This document shows positions 11,597 through 22,560 of a DNA stretch of 64,000 nt, one piece after another. The position numbers and the translations under genes are program-made. Source of the stretch: Mobula hypostoma (lineage: Eukaryota); contig NC_086097.1 of the NCBI RefSeq assembly GCF_963921235.1, positions 48,610,001 through 48,674,000 of the forward strand, written 5' to 3'. The number at the start of each line of letters is the position of its first letter. The first letter of the stretch is position 1. Under the pieces are notes generated by a model. The model was given only the letters and a program-made list of their open reading frames with translations. It ran no database searches and was not told where the DNA came from.

Positions 11597-12165
11597 CCCT
11601 CCTCTGGTCGGGGTTGACTGCGGATGTTCTAGCTGTCTATGAACCATCAGTCAATGTGAAAGCTAGGGCAGTCCGATATGGAGAGCAAGCTGTTGCCCAG
11701 TTAGCAGGCTCCGTGCAGCTGATGAATACAGTTCGGCACCAGCAGCTTCGCAGGAGTTGCCAGTCAGCGTGGAAATCAACATAGGACTGCCTTAGGGACT
11801 CCAGCTCTGGATTTTTTCTTGGGGTTTACTTCCATAGCCTTGACTGTGAGTGGGTATGGCCATAAAGCAGCTAAGTTTTGAGATCAGAGTTTCCCTTCTC
11901 CTGGATAAGCTGCCAGCCAAGGCTGATGAGCCATATCTGCCTGGTGACTGGTTTAAGACACTATTAACCCGCCTTTGCCCTTTCTCCTGTCAGCAGAAAC
12001 TGTTCCACCAAGCTTAGTAGCTAAGCCACATGTAAAAGCCAGGAGCTGGACTTGGTTGTCAGAGGTTATTTGAGGCGCATGCCATTGGGAGCATTTAAAA
12101 GGAAGTGGGAGCTTATTCCCTCCCCTCCCCACCCCACCCCCCAGTTATGACAACCTTAAGGAACC
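11597..12165 (-). mobile_element. ~570-bp non-coding RTE-related non-autonomous retroposon, apparently full length
   Basis: Reverse-complement homolog of 52811-53295; carries an RTE 5'-UTR-like ggagaagg-aaactctga motif; interrupts the Rex element. Confidence 0.7.
11984..12165 (-). ncRNA. Putative HDV/CPEB3-like self-cleaving ribozyme (degenerate copy)
   Basis: Minus strand: P1 GGTTCC/GGAAC(A), P2 CTCCTG/CAGGAG, P3 GCT/GGT, L3 TTTACAT, GT after P1, J4/2 CTGA; G1 coincides with the element 5' end. Confidence 0.6.
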
Positions 12166-12669
12166 GTTTGTTCAAGGGTTCATCTTATTATACTAGGGAA
12201 CCATTCAATAGTCTTTTAACAACATGGTAGAAGCTGTCGTTGAGCCTGGTGGCACGTGCTTTCAGGTTTTGTATCTTCTGACCAATGGGAGAAAGGAGAA
12301 GAGAGATTACCCAAGGGGAGTGGCGTTGTTGATTATACTGGCTGCTTTGCTGAGGCAGCAAGAAGTGAAGGCAGAGTCATAGATGGAAAGCTGGTTTCTG
12401 ATGTGCTAGGCTGTGTCCACAATACTCTTCAAGTTCTTATGATCATGAGCAGAACAGAAATTATATCAAGCCAGGATGCACTCAGATAGGATGCTTTTGC
12501 TTGGATCATTGATAAAAATTGGTAGCAATTGATGAGGAACATGCCAAATTTCTTCAGCCTTCTGAGGAAGTAAAGGCACTGGTGAGTTTTCTTGACTTGT
12601 GACAGCCATGTGGTTGGACCAGGACAGGTTATGTTCACTCCTGGGAACTTCAAGCTCTCAGCCTCATCA

Positions 12670-12832
12670 ACCTGCACACTTGGGATGCAAGAAGAAGCTG
12701 AAATGCCTGGAGAAAACCAAACATGGGCATAGAGGGAAGGTGCAAACTCTGCACAGGCTGAACCAGTGGTCAGGATTGAGCTGGGTCAGTGGAGACGGCA
12801 GCTACTCCCACTCTGCCTCTGTGCCACCCCTA
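12670..12832 (-). mobile_element. Degenerate tRNA-derived V-SINE fragment
   Basis: Reverse-strand V-domain and tRNA-like head (...gtgccacccc), similar to 40374. Confidence 0.5.
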
Positions 12833-12989
12833 CTGCCTTTTCAGAGATCTTGGAAGTTGATCTACTTGGGTCAGCTGAGACTAGAAAGACGTACAGAGTC
12901 AGTTTATATGTCATCAGTACATTCCCTAGTTTATGCTTTCCAATTAGTGGACATTGGAGAGGCTACAACCTGTTCTAGAATGGAAGAGT

Positions 12990-13786
12990 CTACTCAGAAT
13001 AGCAGAGATGCCGCTGAACGGAGGCGCTAAATGGTGACTTCTTTGCTTGCATCTTTGGAAACAGCTATATTTCCATCTTTAATATCTCTATTTTTCCCTT
13101 TCAGGGTTCTTTTGAAGACCCTGACCTGCAGTTACACGCTGACTGTGGTTCTTTGCGGAAATGGGACCCACGCTCTGGGTGTCATAACTGGCCGTTGTTC
13201 GTCATGCCAAGGGTTCGACCTAAGGTTTCAGCTTGACTTTGGAGATCTAGGATCTTGGGGCTCTGGAGATGGGTGGATCGAAGGTCAGTGTCACGGCGGG
13301 AGATCTATGTGTTGTCAGGGGAATCGGAATATCTATGGCTGTGTGCCCAGAGACCCAAGAAGGCGCAGAGCTCGAAAAAAGCGACATAACCGACTTTTAA
13401 CATCAGAAACCAGCGAGTTGTTTGTTATGCCTCCACTCTTGCTGTGAAACGGAGACATCTCTTTCTCCCTTATTAGGGAGAGAGCCTGTGGTATGTCGAA
13501 TATCGGGTGAAACAGTCTTTGGGGTAACTGCAAGTCTATGTCTTTGCTGTTGCTTTACTCACGCTTGAGTGCTTGGTGGCGGGTGCCGGTGGAGAAGGGG
13601 GATTGTTGCTTGTTGCTTGTGTGGGAGGGAGAGGAGCTGGGGGGGACTTTGGGGTTCTAACATTTAATTGTCGTTCATTCTTTGGGCACTCCTCTGTTTT
13701 CATGGATGGTTGCATAGAAAAAACTTTTCAGGATGTATATTGTATACATTTCTCTGACATTAAATGTACCTTCGAAACCTTCAAAC
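12990..13786 (+). mobile_element. ~800-bp non-coding retroposon with a LINE-type 3' tail
   Basis: CpG-retaining body ending ttcaggatgtatattgtatacatttctctgacattaaatgtaccttcgaaaccttc, similar to Rex-type tails at 28010 and 29220. Confidence 0.55.
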
Positions 13787-14074
13787 ATAATATACAATTT
13801 GATTAAGTGCTTGACTGTTTTCACAGCAATCCAGAGCCATTTTGATGAAATGTTACCATAGCACACTGGAACCGAGGGATCTGTTGAAGCAAGCACTATA
13901 ATTCATGTGAATGATTCTGTTTTCTTGATTCTAAAGATCAGGCCTGGCCAGCCCACTCGGTGAAGAAGTTACACTCGACACCTAATGTATGTGTTGCATT
14001 TCCTGCTGTCTGATCCTTAAAACATCAGATGTAGCAAGTGCAGAGCAATTTATAGGTCAGGCTAGGGATTATAA

Positions 14075-17000
14075 ACACCAGACATTCTGCAGATACTGGA
14101 AATTCAGAGCAACACACAGCAAATGCTGGTGGACTCAGCATGTCAGGCAACATCTATATGGAGAGGAAGAAGCAATTGACTTTTCAGGACAAGATGCTTC
14201 ATCAGGACTGGAAAGGAAGGGGGAAGAAACCAAAGTATGAAGATGGAGGGGGGGAAGGAGCACAAGCTGGCAGGTGATAGGTGAAACAGATGAGTAGGTG
14301 GAGGAAGGGAGATGAAGTAAGACGGTAAGTAGGTGATAGGTGGAAGAGGTAAAGGGCTGATGAAGAAGGGCTCTGATAGAAAGGTCTGTGGACTATAAGA
14401 CCATAAGACATAGGAGCAGAATTAGGTCATCTGGCGCATTCAGTCTGCTCTGCCATTCAATCATGGCTGATCCTTTTTGTTAATCTCCTCCTCAACCCCA
14501 GTTCCTGGCCTTCTCCCCATAACCTTCGATGCCATGTCCAGTCAAGAACCTATCAATCTTTGTCTTAAATACACCCAACGACCTGGCCTCCACAGCTGCA
14601 TGTGGCAACAAATTCCACAAATTCACCACCCTTTGGCTAAAGAAATTTCTATGCATCTGTTTTGAAAGGGTGCCCCTCTATCCTGAGGCTGTACCCTCTT
14701 CTAGACTCTCCCACCATGGGAAACATCCTTTCCACATCTACTCTGTCTAGGCCTTTCAACGTTTGAAAGATTTCAATGATTTACGATGCCCCCCCGCCAA
14801 CCTTCTGAATTCCAGCGAGTACAGACCCAGAGCCATCAAATGTTCCTCGTATCATAACCCTCTCATTCCTGGAATCATCCTTGTGAACCTCCTCTGGACC
14901 CTCTCCAATGCCAGCACATCTGAGATGAGGGACCCAAAACTGTTCACAATACTCATGGTGAGGTCTCACCAGTGCGTTATAAAGCCTCAGCATCACATCC
15001 TTGCTCTTGTATTCTATACTTCTTGAAATGAATGCTAACATGGCATTTGCCTTCCTCAACACCAACTCAACCTGCTTGTTAACCTTCAGGGTGTTCTGCA
15101 CAAGGACTCCCAAGTCTCTCTGCATCTTAGATTCCTGGATTTTCTCCTCAAATAGAAAATAGTCTGCACATTTATTTCTACTACCAAAGTGCATGACCAC
15201 ACATTTTCCAACATATTATTTTATTTGTCCTTTTTTTGGCCATTCTCCTAATCTGTCTAAGTCTTTTTGCATCCTACCTGTTTCCTCAACATTACCTGCC
15301 CCTCCACCAATTTTTGTATCATCTGCCATCTTGACAACAAAGCCATCTATTCCATCATCTAAATCATTTATTTACAGCATAAAATTAAGTGGTCCCAACA
15401 CTGACCCCTGTGGAACACCACTGGTCACTGGCAGCCAATCAGGAACGGATCCTTTCATTCCCACTCGCTGCCTCCTACCAATCACCCAATACTCTAACCA
15501 TGTTTGTAACTTTCCTGTAATACCATGGGCTCTTAACTTGGTAAAGCAGCCTCATGTGTGGCACCTTGTCAAAGGCCTTCTGAATGTCCAGATATACAAC
15601 AACCACTACATCCCCTTTGTCTATCCTACTTGTAATCTCCTCAAAGAATTCTAACAGGATTGCCAGGCAGGATTTTCCCTGAAGGAAATCATGCTGACTT
15701 TGTAATATCTTGTCCTGTGTCACCAAGTACTCCATCACTTCATCCTTAACAATCGACTCTAACATCTTCCCAACCACTGAGGTCAGGCTAACTGGTCTAT
15801 ATTTTCCTTTGTGCTGCCTTTCACTTTTCTTAAAGAGTGGAGTAACATTTGTAATTTTCCAGTCCTCTGGCACCATGCCAAAGTCCAATGATTTTTGAAA
15901 GATCATTTCTAATGCCACCACAATCTCCAACACTACCTCTTTCAGAACCCCTAGGGTGCAGTTCCTCTGGTCCATGTGATTTATGTACCTTTAAGTCTTT
16001 AGGCTTTTTGACCACCTTCTCTCTTGTAACAGTAACTGCACCCACTTCTCTTCCTTCACACCACAACATCAGGCACACTGTTAGTGTCTTCCAGAGGGAA
16101 GACTGACACAAAATACTTATTTAGTTCATCAGCTATCTCCTTGTCCCCTGTTATTATTTCTCCTGCCTCATTTTCTAATGGTCCTATATCCACTCCCATT
16201 TCTCTTTTATTTTTAACATACTTGAAAAAACTTTTACCATCCACTTTGATATTATTTGCTAGCTTGCTTTCATATTTCATCTTTTCCCTTCCAATGATTT
16301 TTTTTAGTTGCTCCCTGTATGTCTTTAAAAACTTTCCAATCCTCTATCTTCCCACTAATTTTTGCTTTTTTGTATGCCCTTTCTTTTGCTTTTACATTAG
16401 CTTTGACTTCCCTTGTCAGTCATGGTTGTACTATTTTATCATTTGAATATTTTTTTCATTTTTGGAATACACATGTCCTGCACCTTCCTCATTTTCCCCA
16501 GAAACACACACCATTGCTGCTCTGCTGATATCCCTGCCAGTGCTCCTTCTAATTTACTTTGGCTAACTCCTCTCTCATACCACTGTAATTTCCCTTACTC
16601 CATTGAAATACTGCAACGTCAGACTTTACTTTCTCCCCATCAAATTTCAAGTTGAACTCAATCATATTGTGATCACTGGTTCCTAATGGTTCTTTTACCT
16701 TAAGCTCCCTAATCGCTTCTGGTTCAATACATAACACCCAATCCAGCTGACCTCCTAGTAGGTTCAATGACAAGCTGTTCTAAAAAGCTATCTCTTAGGC
16801 AGTCAACAAACTCACTCTCTTGAGATCCATTACCAACCTAATTTTCCCAATCAACCTGCATGTTAAAATCTCCTATGATTACCGTAACATTGTCCTTTCG
16901 ATGTGCCTTTTCTATTTCTTGGTGTAACCTGTGGTGCACCTCCCAGCCACTGTTGGGAGACCTGCATATAACTGCCATCAACATCCTGATAGGAGAAAGG

Positions 17001-17100
17001 GAAGGAGGAAGGGGAGTAGAGGGAGGTGGTGGGCAGTTGAGGAAATGAGAAGGGGTGAGAGGAGAGCCGGAAATGTGGAATGGAAAATGGGAGAGGTTGG
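14075..17100 (-). mobile_element. Penelope pLTR (inverted copy) split by a CR1 insertion; pieces at 14075-14390 and ~16987-17100
   Basis: acacacagcaaatgctggtggactcagca...ttcatcaggactgg plus a purine-rich tract that resumes after the CR1. Confidence 0.7.
14391..16986 (-). mobile_element. CR1 LINE ORF2 remnant (part of APE endonuclease, linker and RT) with 3' tail
   Basis: ORFs 16838 (VIIGDFN), 16549 (SDHN), 16056, 15475 (YRPVSLTSVVGKMLE...YLDIQKAFDKVPH) and 14781; (ccataaga)n tail at 14391-14410. Confidence 0.92.
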
Positions 17101-17170
17101 AGAAGCATCTGTGCTGCATTGGTGACTCATTGGTGCTGCTTCCTGTACCCATGCTGAGCTTATCAATTTC

Positions 17171-18330
17171 AGAATCAGAATCAGGTTTATTATCCCGGCA
17201 TGTGATGTGAAATTTGTTAATTTAGCAGCAGCAGTTCAATGTAATACATAATATAGAAGAAGAAATAAAATAAAATAAAAATAATAATAAATCAATCAAT
17301 TACAGTATACATATATTGAATAGATTAAAAAATCATGCAAAGAACAGAAATACTGTATATTAAAAAAGTGAAGTAGTGTCCAAGGATTCAATGTTCATTT
17401 AGGAATCAGATGGCAGAGGGGAAGAAGCTGTTCCTGAATCACTGAATGTGTGCCTCCAGGCTTCTGTACCTCCTACCTGATGGTAACAGTGAGACAAGGG
17501 CATACCCTGGGTGCTAGAGGTCCTTAATAATGGATGCTGCCTTTCTGAGACACCGTTCTCTAAAGATGTCCTGGGTACTTTGTAGTCTAGTACCCAAGAT
17601 GGAGCTGACTAGATTTACAACCCTCTGCAGCTTCTTTCTGTCCTGTGCAGTAGTCCCCCTACACCAGACAGTGATGCAGCCTGTCAGAATGCTCTCCACG
17701 GTACAACTATAGAAGTTTTTGAGTGTATTTGTTGACATATCAAATCTCTTCAAACTCCCAATGAAGTATAGTCCCTGTCTTGCCTTCTTTACAACTGCAT
17801 CGATATGTTGGGTCCAGGTTAGATCCTCAGAGATCTTGACACCCAGGATCTTGAAACTGCTCACTCTCTCCCCTTCGGATCCCTCTATGAAGATTGGTAT
17901 GTGTTCCTTTGTCTTACCCTTCCTGAAGTCCACAATCAGCTCTTTCATCTTACTGACGTTGAGTGCCAGGTTGTTGCTGCGACACCACTCCACTAGTTGG
18001 CATACCTCACTCCTGTACACCCTCTCATCACCACTGAGGTTCTACCAACAATGGTTATATCATCAACAAATTTGTAGATGGTATTTGAGCTATGCCTGGC
18101 CACACGGTCATATGTATATAGAGAGAAGAGCAGTGGGCTACGCACACACCCCTGAGGTACACCAGTGTTGATCGTCAGCGAGGAGGAGATGTTATCACCA
18201 ATCTGCAATTGTGGCCTTCCAGTTAGGAAGTCAAGGATCCAATTGCAGAATGAGGTAAGAGGCACAGGTTCTGCAACTTCTCTATCAGGATTATGGGAAT
18301 GATGGTATTGAATGCTGAGCTATAGTCGAT
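17171..18330 (-). mobile_element. Rex1/Babar-type LINE, 5'-truncated
   Basis: ORF 17993 ([18 protein letters not shown]...KFVDD) and ORF 17514 (LNVSKMKELIVDFRK...); (cagaat)n tail. Confidence 0.88.
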
Positions 18331-18463
18331 GGACATCCACCCTGCCCTCAATTTTACTTGGACCATCTCTGATTCCTCTTTTCCCTTTCTTGATCTCTGA
18401 CTCCACCTCTGGAGAAAGACTGTCTACTGTTACCTTCTGACTCTCACTGCTATCTTGACTATA

Positions 18464-19270
18464 TAAAGGGAGGATGGAGGATGAGTACAGGGCCCTGGTG
18501 GAGGACTTTATCAAATGGTGCAAGCTGAATTATTTGCAGCTCAATATCATTAAGACAAAGGAGATGGTGATGGACTTTAGGAAGACTAAGCCTACTCTGC
18601 TCCCTGTTACTATGGTGAGGACGTGGATGCGAAGAGGACCTACAAGTACCTGGGGGTGCACTTGGATGACATACTTGAGGGGAGCACCAACACAGAGGCT
18701 GTGTACAAGAAGGTACAGAGTCGGTTCTACTTCCTGAGGAGACTGAGGTCCTTTGGGGTATGCAGGCCTCTCCTCCACATGTTCTATCAGTCTGTTGTTG
18801 CCAATACAATCTTCTACGTAGCGGTGTGCTGGGGCAATGGCATCAACACAGGTGATGGTGACAGGCTCAATAAACTGATTAGAAAGGCTGGCTTTGTTAT
18901 AGGAGTCAAACTGGACACACTAGAGGCTGTGGTAGAACAAAGGAGCGTATGGAAAATCCTGGCAATTCCGGACAATGATTCCCACCCTCTGCATGCCACC
19001 CTGGTCGAACAGAGGAGTACTTTTAGTAATAGACTAAGACAACTACACTGCTCCAAAGAGCTCTATATGAGGTCATTCTTACCCACGGCCATTAGGCTCA
19101 ATAATGAGTCAACCTATAGCCGGGAAAAGTGATGACCCCTTTATGTTAGACTGTTTGAGGTAACTTTTATTCTTTCTTACTTCCCTTCTAATATTTGTAT
19201 ATCTGTGCAGTAATGCTACTGTGACACCGTAATTTCCCTTGGGTTCAATATTGTATCTATCTCTCTATCT
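18464..19270 (+). mobile_element. Rex1/Babar-type LINE 3' fragment
   Basis: ORFs 18474 (LQLNIIKTKEMVMDFRK) and 18623 (YKYLGVHLD...FYFLRRLRSF...SFLPTAIRL); (ctat)n tail. Confidence 0.88.
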
Positions 19271-20164
19271 TCCCACCCTGTCACTTGTTTAAAAAAAAAT
19301 GCTATTCCCCTTTTTAGTTCTGCAATCTTCGCCACATCTGTTCACAGGATGAGACTTTTCATTCCAGAATATTTGAAATTGAAATTTCCTCCTTCTGCTA
19401 AGAATGGGGTTTCTCTTCCACTACCATTGATGTTGCCCTCACCACAGCTCCTACATTTCATGGACATTTGCCCTCACTTCATCTTCCCAGCACTATAACA
19501 GGTATAGTGAACCCCTTGTCCCTTCCTACCACCCCATGAGCCTCGATATCCAGCATCATTCTCTGTACCTTCCTCCATTTTCAAAAGGATCTTACCATAA
19601 AACCACGTTTCTCTCCCCTTCCCCCACACTGCAGGGATTACTCATTACATGTCCCTCTTGTCCCCCCCTCATTGATCTTTCTGGCACTTATCCCTGTAAG
19701 TGGGACACTGCTACACTTGCCCCTATATCTCCTCCCTCATCATTATTCATGGCCCCAAACAGTCCTTAAAGGTGAGGCAACACCTCACCTGTGAATCAGT
19801 TAGGGTCAGCTGGTCCTCCCAGTGTGGTCTCCTCTACATTGGTGAGATTGAGGGACTGCTTCATTCAGCATCCTTGCTCCGTCCACCACAAAAGGCAGGA
19901 TCTCCTGGTGGCCACCCATTTCAATGCAACTTCTCATTCTGACATGTTGGACAGTGGCCTTCTCTACTCTCACGCTGAGGGCACCTACAGGTTGGAGGAG
20001 CAACGCTGCATATTCCATATTGGTAGCCTCCAACCTGATGGCATGAACATCAATTTTTCTAACTTCTGGTAATTTTTCCTTCCTCACCTTTCTCTCTTCT
20101 AATTTTAACATTAATTTAATTGTAATTTTAGAATTGGAAGTGTGAAATTTTCTTGCTGGAAGCT

Positions 20165-20690
20165 CAAAGTTCAAAATCAAATTAAATTTATTATCAAAGT
20201 ATCTATATGTCTTCATATACTACCTTGAGATTCATTTTTGCATGTGTTCACAGTAAATACCAAGAAACAAAATAGAATCAATGAAAAATTACACACAAAG
20301 ATGGACAAACTACCAGTGTGCAAAAGACAACAAATTGTGCAAATACAAAATAACAATAATAAATAAATAATATTGGGAACATGATTTTCAGTACTTGAAA
20401 ATGAGTCCATAGGTTGTGGTATCAGTTTAGTGTTGAGGTGAGTGAAGTTATCTCTTCTGGTTCAGGAGCCTGGTGATTGAAGGGTAAATAATTTCCCGAA
20501 CATGGTGGTCTGGGACCTACGGCTCCTAACCCTTTCCCAGTGAGAAAAGAGCATTGCCTGCATGGTAGGGATCCTTGATGAGGAACGCTACTTTTCTGTG
20601 ACAGTTCTCCTTGTAGATATGCTCAGTAATGGGGAGGGCTTTGCCTGTGATGGACTGGACCATACTAATTTGTTGCAGACTTTTCCACTC
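20165..20690 (-). mobile_element. Rex1/Babar-type LINE 3' end
   Basis: tcaaagttcaaa tail and 3' UTR like those at 27900-28060, in reverse. Confidence 0.7.
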
Positions 20691-20699
20691 AAGGTGAAA

Positions 20700-22560
20700 A
20701 GAGAGCTAATAGTTCTAGGTAGGCCCATTGTCTCTGCCTGCTCCTGCCACACTGATCTCATGTCCGCAAGCCTCAACTCCATTCTCTTCTGGTTGATTCA
20801 GACCACTCCCACTTACATCCGCCGCACCTTCACATGCTTTTGATCTCTTCACCAACTTTTAACTCCTTGGCCCTGATCGCCTCATTTTCACCCAGTGATG
20901 TCCAGTCCCTATACACTCCTATACCCCATCAAGAAGACTTTAAAGTTCTCTGCTTATTTCTCATCAAAAGACCAAACCAGTTCTTCTCCACCACCACCCT
21001 CCTCCATATGGCAGAACTGGTTCTCACCCTCAACAATTCCTCCTTCGGCTCCTCCCACTTTCTCCAAACTCAAGGGCTAGCCGTGGACACCTGCATGGGC
21101 CCCAGCTATGCCTGGTTTCTCATTGGCTACATAGAACAAATCATGTTCCAAGCCTTCACTGGTAATGCTCCTCATCTCTCCTGCGCTACATTGACGACTG
21201 CCTTGGTGCTGCTACATGCACCCATGTTGAGTTTGTCAATTTCATCTCTTTGCCTCCCACTTCCACCCTGCCCTTAAATTTACTTGGTCCTTTTCTGACA
21301 TCTCCTTCCCCTTTCTCAATCTCTGTCTCCATCTGTAGAGACAATCTGTCCACTGACATCTTTTATAAACCAACTGATTTCCACAGTTATGTTCCTATCC
21401 TGTCTCCAATAAAAATGCTATTCTTTTTTCTCAGTTCCTTTGTTTCCCCCACATCTGTTTCCAGGATGAGGCTTTCCTTTCTAGAACATCGGAGAGATCC
21501 TCCTTCAATGAACAGGGTTTCCCTCCCTCCATTATTGATGCTGCCTTCACCTGTATCTCCTCCATTTCCTAGGCATCCACGCTCACCCCATCTTTCCACT
21601 GTTTCAACAGTGATAGAGATCCTCTTGTCCTTACCTACCACCTCACGAGCCTCTGTATCCAACATATGATCCTCTGAAACTTCTGCCATCTCCAAAGGGA
21701 TCCTATCACAAAACTTACTTTTATCTTCGCTCCTCCATTCTATGCTTTCTACAGGGTTTGTGATTCCTTTGTTCATCCAACTTCCCCACTAACCTCCCTC
21801 TGTAAGCACCAGATAAGTTAGACCTGCCCACTTCTTCCCTTTCCTCCATTTAGGATGTCATACAATCCTTCCAGGTGAGCCGACGTTTCACCTGTGAATC
21901 TGTAGGGGTCCTCTTTTGTATCTGGTCCTCCCGAGGTGGCCTCCTTTACATTGTTGAGACCTGATGTAAATTGGAGGACCACGTTGTTGAACACCTCTGC
22001 TCCATCTGCCAAAAGTGGAATTTCTCAGTTGCCAACCATTTTAATTCCTATCCCCATTCCTGTTCCACCACGTCAGTCCACGGCCTCCTCTTTTGCCATG
22101 ATAAGGCCATTCTCAGGGTGGAGGAGCAACACCTCATATTCCCTCTAGGTAACTTCCAACATGACGGCATAAAAATCGATTTCTCCTTCCAGTAAAAAAC
22201 ATTATCCATCACCGCCTCTTTTCTATTCCCCATTTTGATTTCTTGCCTCTTCTCACTTTCCTATCATCTCTTTTCGGTACCCCTCTTTTTTTCCACTTTC
22301 TCACATGGTCTACTCTCCTCTCCTGGCAGATTCCTTCTTCTCCAGGCCTTTATCTTTCCTACCCACCTGGCTTCACCTAGCACTTTCTAGCTGGTCCTCG
22401 TCCTCCTTTTCCCTCTTCCTTTTCAGTCCTGAAGAAGGGTCTCAGCCTGAAATGTTGACTGTTGATTTATTTCCATAGATGCTGCCTGACCTACTGAGTT
22501 CCTCCAGCATTTTGTGTCTGTTGCTCTGGATTTGTTGCATCTGCTGAATATCTTGTGTTT
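20700..22560 (+). mobile_element. Penelope-like element: RT, GIY-YIG endonuclease and 3' pLTR
   Basis: GRPIVSACSCHT, DVQSLYTPIPHQE, QTQGLAVDTCMGPSYA, RYIDDC (~21184), VANHFN...RVEEQHLIF; pLTR at ~22200-22560 with a hammerhead motif at 22425-22460. Confidence 0.88.

Larger units (their letters stand above)
11390..12660 (-). mobile_element. Rex1/Babar-type LINE 3' fragment, interrupted by an RTE-related element
   Basis: ORF 12429 (KKTHQCLYFLRRLKKFGM) is homologous to ORF 17514; 3' UTR at 11390-11595. Confidence 0.75.
17110..20100 (+). mobile_element. Penelope-like element (RT C-terminus and GIY-YIG) split by two Rex-type insertions; pieces at 17110-17170, 18337-18463 and 19271-20100
   Basis: Pieces are collinear with 21190-22200; GIY-YIG-like TCES...CGLLYIGE (ORF 19700) and VATHFN...RLEEQ...LQPDGMNI (ORF 19791). 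Confidence 0.8.

Noticed and set aside
13031..13447. 138-aa ORF and the many other 60-170 aa ORFs without TE motifs
   Set aside because: No recognisable domains; they lie in repeats or antisense to TE coding remnants and are expected by chance.
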